Below, piece after piece: positions 45,786 to 55,027 of a stretch of 64,000 bases of DNA. Location of the stretch: the NCBI GenBank assembly GCA_964415295.1, contig CAYPYN010000005.1:251321-315320 (forward strand), read 5' to 3'. Source of the stretch: an uncultured Bacteroidota bacterium. Lineage in GTDB: Bacteria > CLD3 > SB21. The notes beneath the pieces are model-generated. The model saw only the letters and a list, made by a program, of their open reading frames with translations. It was not told the origin of the DNA and did not search any database. The position numbers and the translations under genes were made by a program. Numbering within the stretch: the first letter of the stretch is position 1; each line of letters begins with the position of its first letter.

Positions 45786-48314
45786 ATGAAAAGATCTCTA
45801 CAATGGATTCTTTTGCTGTTTCTGTTCGGCCTTCCGATCCGGGCGCAGATCGAACAAAAACCGTTACCGGACTGGAAAAAACAGGAATGGCGAAGCCGGA
45901 CGTATGATGTTCAACACATTAAATTGGCAGTGGACGTGGATCTTGATCAAAGAACTCTGAACGGAACGACTGAAATAAGGCTAAAACCGCTGAACGGAAA
46001 TTTTTCGGTCGTGGAACTTGACGCCAAGGAGCTGGACGTTCGCTCCGTTTCTGTGATCGGCGAAGCTACTCCCGTGTTACTCAAGTATACTAATCATTCG
46101 CCAAAACTGATTATTCAACTGGACAAAGCGTATCCGTACGATCAGTTGATCACTCTGCTCATTGATTATCAGGTCAAAGATCCGCACAGGGGATTATTCT
46201 TCATTCAACCCGATAAGAATTATCCCGACAAACCTCTACAGGCGTGGACCCAAGGCGAAGATGAGGAGAACAGTTACTGGTTTCCGTGCTACGATTATCC
46301 CAACGACAAATCAACTTCGGAAATCTACATAACCGTCAAAAAGCCCTATGTGGCGTTGTCGAATGGAAAGCTCGCAGAAACTACGGATAATACCGCCGAC
46401 AACACACGAACATTCCATTGGGTTCAGGAAAAGCCGCACGTTTCCTATTTGATCATGATGGCGATCGGCGATTACGCGGTCCTTTCTGGCGGTGAGTTCA
46501 AAGGAAAACCTGTGCAGTATTACACCTATCAAAAAAATATATCGAACGCCAAAGAGACTTATAAACGTACGCCCGATATGCTCAGAGTCTTCTCTGAAAA
46601 AATCGGCTACGATTACCCATGGGAAAAGTACGCACAGGTCGAGGTCGCTGATTTTGTCTGGGGCGGGATGGAAAACACTTCAGCGACTACCATGTACGAT
46701 GGTATTACATTCGATCCAAAAGCCGGACTCACTTTTTCCAGCGACGACCTGATAGCGCATGAACTCGCTCATCAGTGGTGGGGTGATCTCACCACTTGTA
46801 AAGACTGGTCTCATATCTGGCTTAACGAGGGTTTCGCCACCTTTATGGAAGGCGTGTACTACGAATCGGCTTTCGGCAAGGAAGAAGCGGATTATCATTA
46901 CTATGAAGATTACAGAAGTTACATGGAGGAGGACACCTCCAAATACCGGCGCCCCATCGTATTTAGTCAGTACGATTATCCGTTCGATCTTTTTGATTCG
47001 CATGCCTATCCCAAAGGCGGGCTTACTTTGCGTATGTTGCGGTACGTCCTGGGAGATGAGGCTTTTTGGAGAGGGATGAACCATTACGTAAATAAGTTCG
47101 CTTACAAAAACGTAGAAACCAATGACTTCAAGAACGCTTTAGAAGAATCTTCCGGCCAGAATCTTGATTGGTTCTTTGATCAATGGCTGTACAAAGCCGG
47201 GTATCCCGAATTCGGTGTGCATTACCACTACGATGATTCAAAAAAAGAATTAAAAATGGTTGTAAAGCAAAACCAACGTCTGAACGACATAACGCCTCTG
47301 TTCAGAATGCCTGTGGATATCGAAATTACGGATATTAGGGGAAAACGCTTACACCGTGTCTGGGTCTCCCAACAGGAAGATGTGTTCCACCTTCCGTGCG
47401 AATCCAAACCGCTTATGGTTTGCTTTGATAAGGGAAATTGGATCATAAAAACCGTTCACTTCTCCAAATCGGCTCAGGAATGGACGTATCAGCTCAAGAA
47501 CGATGAAGATATTTCCGAACGTATCATGGCGGCGCAAAATCTTCGTTTACTCCAGGTTAAGAACGATGAATACGTCGCCAACCGTGTCTTCATCAATGAT
47601 AAAGCAAAAAAGCAGCAGATGCTGATCAGTACGGATATCATAAAGACGTTGATCGAGGCCTTATCGACAGAGCCGTTTTGGGGTGTACGTTGCGAGATAG
47701 CCAAAGTGCTTGGAGAAACTAAAACCGCCATAGCTCGTGATGCTTTGATCAAAGCATACGCTTCGGAAAAGAGTGCCAAGGTTCGGCTTGGGATCGTTGA
47801 AGCCGCCGGACAATTTGAAAAAGACGAAGCGGCTTTCAAATTTCTTAAGAGCGTTGTGGATAAAGAAGAAGCTTCTTATGTCGTGGCCGAAGCTCTATGT
47901 TCTCTCGGCAGGATCAAACACAGCAAATCGTATGAGGTGATGAATAAGAATCTGAACCGGTCCTCGCACCAAAACATCATCCAGCAAAAGATCATGGAAG
48001 GACTGGGAAATTTTGTGAATGTTAATTCTCTGAAAATCCTGACCGAATACTCCTCTCCCGGCAAAGATTCGTATGTGCGTCAGAGCGCCGTTAAGTCCAT
48101 GAAGTATTTTGAAAGGAATCAGATCGTAGAAGATTATCTCATCGGTTTGCTGGATGATTTTGACAACGGTGTCAAGGAGCAAGCCATGCTGGCATTGGTC
48201 ACTCTCAAAAGTGTTAAATCGATTGAAAAGATGTCTGTCATCGCTGAAAAAGACTATGAGCCACGCTTAAAGCGTGTTGCAAAAGACGGGATTAAGAAAT
48301 TAAAAGGAAGCTAA
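45786..48314 (+). CDS. Secreted M1 family aminopeptidase with C-terminal HEAT/ARM-like repeats
   Basis: Signal peptide; WFPCYD.PNDK.T, GGMENTS (GxMEN), AHELAHQWWGDL......W...WLNEGFATF.E, AYPKGG..L.ML. Confidence 0.93.
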   Translation: MKRSLQWILLLFLFGLPIRAQIEQKPLPDWKKQEWRSRTYDVQHIKLAVDVDLDQRTLNGTTEIRLKPLNGNFSVVELDAKELDVRSVSVIGEATPVLLKYTNHSPKLIIQLDKAYPYDQLITLLIDYQVKDPHRGLFFIQPDKNYPDKPLQAWTQGEDEENSYWFPCYDYPNDKSTSEIYITVKKPYVALSNGKLAETTDNTADNTRTFHWVQEKPHVSYLIMMAIGDYAVLSGGEFKGKPVQYYTYQKNISNAKETYKRTPDMLRVFSEKIGYDYPWEKYAQVEVADFVWGGMENTSATTMYDGITFDPKAGLTFSSDDLIAHELAHQWWGDLTTCKDWSHIWLNEGFATFMEGVYYESAFGKEEADYHYYEDYRSYMEEDTSKYRRPIVFSQYDYPFDLFDSHAYPKGGLTLRMLRYVLGDEAFWRGMNHYVNKFAYKNVETNDFKNALEESSGQNLDWFFDQWLYKAGYPEFGVHYHYDDSKKELKMVVKQNQRLNDITPLFRMPVDIEITDIRGKRLHRVWVSQQEDVFHLPCESKPLMVCFDKGNWIIKTVHFSKSAQEWTYQLKNDEDISERIMAAQNLRLLQVKNDEYVANRVFINDKAKKQQMLISTDIIKTLIEALSTEPFWGVRCEIAKVLGETKTAIARDALIKAYASEKSAKVRLGIVEAAGQFEKDEAAFKFLKSVVDKEEASYVVAEALCSLGRIKHSKSYEVMNKNLNRSSHQNIIQQKIMEGLGNFVNVNSLKILTEYSSPGKDSYVRQSAVKSMKYFERNQIVEDYLIGLLDDFDNGVKEQAMLALVTLKSVKSIEKMSVIAEKDYEPRLKRVAKDGIKKLKGS

Positions 48315-48355
48315 GATTAGATTTCAAAAAAAGCTTCTTTAACATTCCGCGTACC

Positions 48356-48895
48356 ATGGATTCACAGCTGATTTTAAGCTTTTGTTTGCTGTTTACATTA
48401 TCTTGCTCTCCGCCGAAGCAATTTATCGAACTCAGAAGCGATAATGGGAAAATCCGGACAGTTCAACCGAACTTCATTTCTTCGTATACTCTTGAAGTAG
48501 ACAGTCAAAGGATCGATTCGGGACAATTTTTGAATTTAGGTGAAGCATGGAAGATTGTCGCAACCAACCCGGAGGATCAAAGCATCGAATTCGTATCGGC
48601 GGTAAAGGAAAACCACAGAATGGTATTGCGCAAAGACCAGATTCGATACCTGAAAGTGCATGTTACAAATTCTGTAAAATTCTCGGATCAAATCGTTTCG
48701 ACAGCCGTGTTCACAGGTTTTGTGGTAGGCTCACTGGGAATATTCTTTGGCACAATCGCTTTGCCGATACCATCCACTCCATGGAAAGAAGATGTCGATC
48801 TTGTTTTGCGCGGAGCGGGCATTCTGGGTATAACCTTCCTGGTTAGTTATCTGGCCGAGGATAATAATCATTATGAAATAACTGAAATTCACTGA
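48356..48895 (+). CDS. Uncharacterized lipoprotein with C-terminal hydrophobic helices (paralog A)
   Basis: Lipobox FTLSC; similar along its length to 52460-53050. Confidence 0.75.
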   Translation: MDSQLILSFCLLFTLSCSPPKQFIELRSDNGKIRTVQPNFISSYTLEVDSQRIDSGQFLNLGEAWKIVATNPEDQSIEFVSAVKENHRMVLRKDQIRYLKVHVTNSVKFSDQIVSTAVFTGFVVGSLGIFFGTIALPIPSTPWKEDVDLVLRGAGILGITFLVSYLAEDNNHYEITEIH

Positions 48896-48918
48896 CATTT
48901 TAATAAGAAAGAAAAAGT

Positions 48919-51048
48919 TTGAAAAATAAATTGAATCCAAATAAGATCATTTCGTTCCTGCGCGAACATCCCAATCAGTCCTACAAACCAAAAGAACTGT
49001 CCAAGCAACTCAGACTGGACGAAGACACGGCTGATGAATTGTCCGCCGTCCTCCACTCAATGGTCACGGAAGGTTTGATAGGAAAAAAAGGAAAGAAATT
49101 CTTCATAAAGGAAAACCAGCTGGCCGGGACTTTGTCAGTGAATAAGAACGGCGAAGGATTTGTGACCGTGGAGGGTTATGAAGAGGATTTTTTTGTTGCT
49201 CCATCGCGTCTTAAGACCGCAATGAATAAGGACAAGGTGCTTATCGTACCGTTTAAGCGCAAACAGTTGGGAAAACGAAAGGAAGCGGAAGTAGTAAAAG
49301 TACTGGAACGGGCACGAACGCGGTTTGTGGGAACTTTTGAGAAGAGCGATGATTTTGCGTTTGTCGTTCCCGACGATCTGAAGATCCGGCGCGACATTTA
49401 CATTCCAAAGGAAAAAATGGGTTCTGCCAAGAACGGCCAGAAGGTTGTGGTCGATCTTGAGGTATGGGATGATGAATATCTCAATCCGCAAGGCGCTGTT
49501 GCTGAAGTCCTCGGCTTTCCGAGCGAAAAGGGAGTGGATGTCCTTTCAGTGGCTAAACAGCACGATCTGCATTTCGATTTTCCGATGGTTGTTGAAAAGG
49601 AATGTGCAAAAATACCGGACGCGATTCCCGACAAGGAGATCAAACGAAGGTTGGATTTCCGGAGAGGATTATGCTTTACGATAGATCCTTTCGACGCCAA
49701 GGACTTTGATGATGCCGTTTCAATCGAACCGCTTGACAACGGTAACTTTTTATTGGGAGTCCATATTGCCGATGTGAGTTACTATGTCAAAGAAAGTACC
49801 GAGCTCGATAGAGAGGCCTTCAAGCGGGGCACCAGCACCTACCTTGTGGATCGTGTTATTCCCATGCTGCCTGAAAAATTGTCCAATGAACTCTGTAGTC
49901 TCCGCCCGGGAGAAGACAAGGTGACGTTCAGCGCGTTCATGGAAATCAACGCGTCCGGTGTGATCGAGGACTATGACGTGGTTGAAACCGTCATTCACAG
50001 TCACCACAGGTTCACTTACGAGGAAGTACAGAATATCATATCCGGAAAAAGGCCCGATGAGCTGGATCCACTGATCATAGAGAAGGTATTGCTCATGCAC
50101 AAGGTCTCTAAGATCCTTACAAAAAGACGGATGGAAGAGGGCAGTATTGACTTTGACACTCCGGAATCGAAATTTCGGCTTGACGAAGACGGCCGGCCTT
50201 TAGAATGTTTCAGAAAAGACCGCCTGGACAGCCACCGATTGGTGGAAGAATTCATGCTTCTGGCCAATAAGACCGTTGCCAAACACATCGGCGGTAACCA
50301 CCGAACGAACGGTAAGGTTATATTTCCTTTTCTTTACCGCGTTCATGATAAGCCGGTCCAGGAAAAACTCGATATTTTTGTCAATTTGCTCAAGGTTTTC
50401 GGGCATCAACTGCATTTTTCAAAAGGCCAGGTGACGCCCAAACAAATCCAAAAAGTGATCGAAAAAGTGAAGGGCAAGAAGGAGGATCGCCTCATCGAAA
50501 AAGTGGCCATCCGCTCAATGGCCAAAGCGGAATACTCGGATAAGAATATCGGTCATTTCGGGCTGGCGTTTGATTTTTATTCACATTTTACTTCACCTAT
50601 TCGACGTTATCCCGACCTAATTGTTCATAGAATGTTAAAAGAATACGACAGCGGCATGTCCCAAAAACGGGCGGACTGGTGGAATGACAAATTGCCCGGT
50701 ATCGCCAAACACTGTTCTGACCGTGAGAAGATCGCCACCGAAGCTGAGAGGGAATCCGTCAAGATTAAGCAGGTGGAGTTCATGCTTCAGCATATTGGTA
50801 ACGAATACAAGGGCATAATTTCAGGTGTGATGGGATTCGGAATCTTTGTTGAAATTGAAGAATTTCTGATTGAAGGCCTCATTCATATCCGCGACCTGAA
50901 GGACGACTACTATACGTATGACGAAAAGAATTATCGCCTCATCGGCGACCGCAAAAAAAGAGTTTTTCAGCTTGGCGATCCGCTTCGGGTCAAAGTTGTA
51001 AGTGTCAATAGGGAAAAGAACGAGGTCGACTTCATGCTAATGGAATAA
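48919..51048 (+). CDS. rnr: Ribonuclease R
   Basis: N-terminal HTH, cold-shock domains, FTIDP.DAKDFDDA, VHIADVSYYV, LVEEFML.AN, HFGL....YSHFTSPIRRYPDL.VHR, C-terminal S1 domain; TTG start. Confidence 0.96.
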   Translation: MKNKLNPNKIISFLREHPNQSYKPKELSKQLRLDEDTADELSAVLHSMVTEGLIGKKGKKFFIKENQLAGTLSVNKNGEGFVTVEGYEEDFFVAPSRLKTAMNKDKVLIVPFKRKQLGKRKEAEVVKVLERARTRFVGTFEKSDDFAFVVPDDLKIRRDIYIPKEKMGSAKNGQKVVVDLEVWDDEYLNPQGAVAEVLGFPSEKGVDVLSVAKQHDLHFDFPMVVEKECAKIPDAIPDKEIKRRLDFRRGLCFTIDPFDAKDFDDAVSIEPLDNGNFLLGVHIADVSYYVKESTELDREAFKRGTSTYLVDRVIPMLPEKLSNELCSLRPGEDKVTFSAFMEINASGVIEDYDVVETVIHSHHRFTYEEVQNIISGKRPDELDPLIIEKVLLMHKVSKILTKRRMEEGSIDFDTPESKFRLDEDGRPLECFRKDRLDSHRLVEEFMLLANKTVAKHIGGNHRTNGKVIFPFLYRVHDKPVQEKLDIFVNLLKVFGHQLHFSKGQVTPKQIQKVIEKVKGKKEDRLIEKVAIRSMAKAEYSDKNIGHFGLAFDFYSHFTSPIRRYPDLIVHRMLKEYDSGMSQKRADWWNDKLPGIAKHCSDREKIATEAERESVKIKQVEFMLQHIGNEYKGIISGVMGFGIFVEIEEFLIEGLIHIRDLKDDYYTYDEKNYRLIGDRKKRVFQLGDPLRVKVVSVNREKNEVDFMLME

Positions 51049-51070
51049 ACCATTCCGTTTCTATCAACTT

Positions 51071-52171
51071 ATGGAATTTATGCAACTTCTGTCGATTTTA
51101 GACCGTTATCTCATAAAAAAGTTCTTGGGTGTCCTGTTTTTCGCTCTGATCGCGATGATCACCATTTTCGTTGCGGTCAACTATGTCGAAAACGCGGACA
51201 AGTTCATTGATCGAAAAGTCCCGGGCGATATCATTTTTCAATATTATCTTAACTTTATTCCCAATATTGTAACCCTCACCTTGCCTGTGGATATTTTGTT
51301 GGCAAGTCTTTTTTCTTTGGGAAGCCTAGCCCGGTTCAATGAACTTACTGCTATCAAAGCCTCCGGTGTGAGCCTTTATCGTGTTATTTTTCCTTTGATT
51401 ATAATCGCTGTCTTGGTGAGTCTGTCCAATTTCTGGTTAAGTGAAAATGTAGTGCCAAAGGCCAATGCTACAAAGTCTGAAATATGGAAAACCTATGTAG
51501 ACCGTGCTTTGGCCAGTCGCAGAATAGCCGGCAACAATATCAGCATGTACGATCCGGGTGGAACCAAGGTCTTTATTGAAAGGTTCGACAAAAAGTTGAT
51601 TTTATGCACTAATATATCGATACAGAAATTCTATGGATTCAAACTTGTTGAGAGAATCGACGCATCGGAGGCGTTATGGGATTCGGCCAAATCCACTTGG
51701 ATTCTGAAAAAGGGCACACGAAGAGTGTTTGAACGTGGAAATGAGAGAATTCAGAAGTTCGCTCAGATGGAGAAAGATGATCTGTTCTTTCATCCGGATG
51801 ATATTCTGAAAAGGGAACAAAATCCGGATGAGATGAATTTTATGGAATTGAACGAGTTTATTACCAAACTTCGTTTGTCGGGAGCACGCACAGAGCGTTG
51901 GGAGGTAGATTATCATCTGAAATTCTCCTATCCGCTCACTTGTTTCTTTATGGTGGTCTTCGGAGCACCTCTGGCCGCATCGCGCAAAAAGAGCGGAGCA
52001 GGGTTGAATATCTTCCTGACCCTGGTTATCTGCTTTGGTTATTATTCGATGATTCAGCTTGGCCGATTTATGGGATACAATCAGACCCTGGGACCGATAG
52101 AGGCGGCTTGGATCGGAAATGCCATATTTGGGTTGATCAGCATCCTGATATTTATAAGACTCAAGAGCTAA
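51071..52171 (+). CDS. lptG: LPS export ABC permease, LptF/LptG family (LptG-like)
   Basis: ILDRYL...F, LP...LLA.L..LG.L....ELTA.KASGVSL.R, H.K.SYPL.C..MV..G.PL, P..AAW..N. Confidence 0.8.
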   Translation: MEFMQLLSILDRYLIKKFLGVLFFALIAMITIFVAVNYVENADKFIDRKVPGDIIFQYYLNFIPNIVTLTLPVDILLASLFSLGSLARFNELTAIKASGVSLYRVIFPLIIIAVLVSLSNFWLSENVVPKANATKSEIWKTYVDRALASRRIAGNNISMYDPGGTKVFIERFDKKLILCTNISIQKFYGFKLVERIDASEALWDSAKSTWILKKGTRRVFERGNERIQKFAQMEKDDLFFHPDDILKREQNPDEMNFMELNEFITKLRLSGARTERWEVDYHLKFSYPLTCFFMVVFGAPLAASRKKSGAGLNIFLTLVICFGYYSMIQLGRFMGYNQTLGPIEAAWIGNAIFGLISILIFIRLKS

Positions 52172-52197
52172 TTCTTTCTTGGGGGTAATTCCCCAAT

Positions 52198-52234
52198 AAT
52201 AAAAAAGCGCCGCAGAAACCCAAACTGCGGCGCT
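52198..52234 (-). terminator. Intrinsic terminator polarised for a minus-strand transcript
   Basis: AGCGCCGCAG-aaacccaaa-CTGCGGCGCT 10-bp stem (52206-52234). The A-run on its left gives a U-tail only on the minus strand. Confidence 0.75.
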
Positions 52235-52405
52235 CTCAAAGTAGTCAAAGACCCTATCTTTAACTATTTTTGACCCTAAACCCTCAAAACAGGAGAAAAT
52301 TTCAAAAAACTGAAGTCTTCTTATCAGAAAACTGTATAATTCGTGTTCGATGCAGAACTTAAGTTATTAATTTGCAACAAAGCTATTCTCATTGCTTAAG
52401 TTCCT
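52198..52405 (-). ncRNA. Candidate small RNA (about 200 nt)
   Basis: Sigma54-like promoter TGGCAT-N5-TTGT (52431-52417), 5' hairpin GAACTTAAG/CTTAAGTTC, three AGGGU repeats and a minus-strand terminator; no substantial minus-strand ORF. Confidence 0.45.
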
Positions 52406-52459
52406 CACATTATATAACAAGTCTTATGCCATTTCCTGTGTGACAGCATCAATTAATTA

Positions 52460-53050
52460 ATGCATTCGTATATAATAAAGATAGTTTTGTTGATGGTTAC
52501 TGTGGCCTCGTGTTCCGCGCCCAAAAATTTCATTCAGGTATCGACGGATAGCGGCAGAAAAAGAATCATCTTTCCACCCGGCAAAACATGTTTCCTGGTT
52601 GAACTTGACAGTATCAGATCCGATCCTTTTCAAATCCAACTTTTCAGAATAGAGACGGACTGTACAGGAACGATTGCCAGTGGCTCTTCTTGGCTTGTGA
52701 CGTCGATTGACACATCCGAAAAGAAGATCAACTTCAAGAATTGTGGAAGTGATTCCCTGGAAGCTTCCTTAAAAACAGAGTCGATCCGGTATCTTATTCC
52801 ATACGGACGGGACCTTTCTGCCGCTGACGCTTTAGATATCGTGGCACTACCCGCCTTCATATTAGGAACCGTCGGAATGAGCTGGGGTCTGATATCGCTT
52901 CCTTTTCCTTCCACTCCCTCGCAAGACGATGTCAAACTTCTAAGCGGAGGTGTGGCGGCTCTGGGCGTTTTTGGAGTAGCTGTCTGGTTAAAGAATTCAT
53001 TGCGGGCTGACACGACAGAAAATCGATATAAGATCGTAAGTTTGCATTAA
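52460..53050 (+). CDS. Uncharacterized lipoprotein with C-terminal hydrophobic helices (paralog B)
   Basis: Lipobox TVASC; shares SCS.PK.FI....D.G..R, IRYL, LP.PSTP...DV.L and terminal Y.I...H with 48356-48895. Confidence 0.75.
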   Translation: MHSYIIKIVLLMVTVASCSAPKNFIQVSTDSGRKRIIFPPGKTCFLVELDSIRSDPFQIQLFRIETDCTGTIASGSSWLVTSIDTSEKKINFKNCGSDSLEASLKTESIRYLIPYGRDLSAADALDIVALPAFILGTVGMSWGLISLPFPSTPSQDDVKLLSGGVAALGVFGVAVWLKNSLRADTTENRYKIVSLH

Positions 53051-53063
53051 ATCAGAAGGATCA

Positions 53064-53774
53064 ATGCCTAAAACATTCCTCCAGGCGGAATGGCGAAAAC
53101 TCGCCATGGCCAATTATGCTGTAAGCCCAGAGATATTGGAACCATACTTGCCCAATAAGACCGAGATTGATCTTTGGAATGGCACGTGTTATATCAGTTT
53201 GGTTGGGTTCATGTTTCAGAATACCAGAGTAAAGGGACTCAGAATTCCGTTCCATACCGATTTTGAAGAAGTCAATCTGCGATTTTATGTCCGTTTTCAT
53301 GACAATATGGAATGGAAACGCGGCGTAGTCTTTGTCAAAGAGATAGTGCCAAAACGTGCTTTGACATGGGTTGCCAATACCGTTTATGGGGAGAATTATG
53401 AGACCATTCCGATGAGTCATACGTGGGAAATAGCGGACGGCTTTCTCAAAGTAGGATATAGATGGAAAAAGAAGGAGTGGAATTCCTTCATCATTACCGC
53501 CAATACCAGACTACGTCAGCTGGAAGTCGGCAGCGAAGCGGAATTTATCACGGAACACTATTGGGGCTACACAAAACGTTCTGACAAAAAGACTTCAGAG
53601 TACCGTGTGGAACATCCACGATGGATGATCTATGATTTGAAAAGTTACACTATAGACGTCGATTTTGGTGGCGTTTATGGGCCGGCGTTTGATTTTCTTG
53701 GAAAGGAAAAGCCGTTGTCCGTCTTTCTGGCTGAAGGCTCTGAAATTACCGTGAAGGAAGGCGTGCTGATCTAG
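53064..53774 (+). CDS. DUF2071 (YqjF-like) protein
   Basis: FL.AEWR.L.MANY.V.P..L..YLP...E.D...G..YISLVGF.F..T...G..IP.H..FEEVNLRFYV, FITEHYWGY, Y.V.HP.W. Confidence 0.88.
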   Translation: MPKTFLQAEWRKLAMANYAVSPEILEPYLPNKTEIDLWNGTCYISLVGFMFQNTRVKGLRIPFHTDFEEVNLRFYVRFHDNMEWKRGVVFVKEIVPKRALTWVANTVYGENYETIPMSHTWEIADGFLKVGYRWKKKEWNSFIITANTRLRQLEVGSEAEFITEHYWGYTKRSDKKTSEYRVEHPRWMIYDLKSYTIDVDFGGVYGPAFDFLGKEKPLSVFLAEGSEITVKEGVLI

Positions 53775-53853
53775 TTTTCTTTTCTCAGGTGAAGATTGTA
53801 AATCACGAAAGTCCGTAATAAACATTCCAAATCTAACTTAACCAAAAACATCT

Positions 53854-54267
53854 ATGAACCCCATACTCAAGAACATTATCGCCGTCATCGCTGGCGCCAT
53901 TTTTGGAAGCGTTGTAAATATGACTCTAATAATGATCAGCGGCTTTATCATTCCACCGCCGGAGGGGGCCGATGTTACAACTACGGAAGGTCTGAAAGCG
54001 TCGATGCATTTGTTCCAACCCAAACACTTTCTGTTCCCCTTTTTGGCACATGCGCTTGGCACATTCTGTGGAGCTTATCTGTCGGCCTCGATAGCACCAA
54101 TCCGCAAAATGGTCTTTGCTTTGGTGATCGGTTTCCTGTTTCTGGCCGGAGGGACCGCGAACGTTTTCATGCTTCCTTCGCCTATCTGGTTTACACTGGT
54201 AGATCTGCTTGGCGCATATATTCCAATGGCGTATATTGCCGGCAAGTTAGTTGCGAAGAAGGCTTAG
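53854..54267 (+). CDS. Conserved hypothetical 4-TM membrane protein
   Basis: Hydrophobic ORF with PPPEGAD.T..EGL..SM.LF...HF.FPFLAHALGT, P.WF..VDL..AYIPM. Confidence 0.75.
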   Translation: MNPILKNIIAVIAGAIFGSVVNMTLIMISGFIIPPPEGADVTTTEGLKASMHLFQPKHFLFPFLAHALGTFCGAYLSASIAPIRKMVFALVIGFLFLAGGTANVFMLPSPIWFTLVDLLGAYIPMAYIAGKLVAKKA

Positions 54268-54291
54268 GCAGGATCACAAGAACAAGAAGTC

Positions 54292-54900
54292 TCACCCTTT
54301 TACATTAAGCGACCGAGTGAGCGTGGATAGAAGATCGTCCGCTTTGATACCCTCATCTTCCGTGGACAAGCTTCGGTAGCGCCGAAGTAGTGCGATAGCG
54401 TTGGGGTAATCCTCAAGCATGGTTTGAACGAGACCGAGGTTGAAGTACGCATTGGCAAAATTAGGGTCGATTGTAAGAGCCATTTCGTAATGCGTCTTGG
54501 CCAATCTCAGATCGTTCAGATCGAAATAGAGATTTCCAAGATTATATTGCGATTCGAAATGGCGCGGTTCGAGTTCCAGTGATTTGGTGAAGCAGTCAAA
54601 GGCTTTGGCCGTATCGCCTTTTTGTGATTCGATAATTCCGAGATTGCAATACGCATCGGCCGCATTATCACCGGCTTCGATGGCTCTGAGATAAAACCCT
54701 TCCGCTTCCGGTTCTCCCCGCTCGTCCCGCATCAACGCCTCCTCGAAAAGCGACATCTGGGGGGTAAGCGTCAGAATTTTGGCCTTTGGGGATGAAAATA
54801 AATTCATCTGCCCATGGGCCTCAGGGTCGCGTTTGCTCTTTTTTACCCGCTTGAATCCGAATTTGGTAGGGGCTACGGGAAATTTGATAATATTGGCCAT
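54292..54900 (-). CDS. TPR protein with N-terminal low-complexity region carrying two QMxLF (beta-clamp-binding-like) motifs; third gene of the ligD-ku run
   Basis: Start MANIIKFP at 54900; QMNLF and QMSLF; TPRs ADAYCNLGII..., FESQYNLGNLY..., ANAYFNLGLV... Confidence 0.85.
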   Translation of the reverse strand: MANIIKFPVAPTKFGFKRVKKSKRDPEAHGQMNLFSSPKAKILTLTPQMSLFEEALMRDERGEPEAEGFYLRAIEAGDNAADAYCNLGIIESQKGDTAKAFDCFTKSLELEPRHFESQYNLGNLYFDLNDLRLAKTHYEMALTIDPNFANAYFNLGLVQTMLEDYPNAIALLRRYRSLSTEDEGIKADDLLSTLTRSLNVKG

Positions 54901-54925
54901 TATGGAATTGTCTTGCTGAAGCTCA

Positions 54926-55018
54926 AACCACAAAGATCACTAAGCATTTACACAAAGTTCACAAAATTTGAATTCTCTTTGTGGAGCTTAGCTGTTTTTC
55001 TTTGCGTTCTTTGCGGTA
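54926..55018. repeat. REP-like imperfect palindrome (ACCACAAAG..CTTTGCGGT family), copy 3
   Basis: ACCACAAAGATCACTAAG..CACAAAGTTCACAAA ... TTTGTGGAGCTTAG..CTTTGCGTTCTTTGCGGT between ku and the TPR gene. Confidence 0.7.
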
Positions 55019-55027
55019 AAAGGTATT

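Noticed and set aside
52324-52392. 22-codon minus-strand ORF (MRIALLQINNLSSASNTNYTVF) inside the candidate sRNA
   Set aside because: Short, with a weakly spaced RBS and a start buried in the predicted 5' hairpin; not supportable without Ribo-seq.
53790-53817. Fifth ECF-type promoter (TGAAGA..CGTA) before the 4-TM gene
   Set aside because: The spacer is 18 rather than 16 nt and the -35 mismatches.
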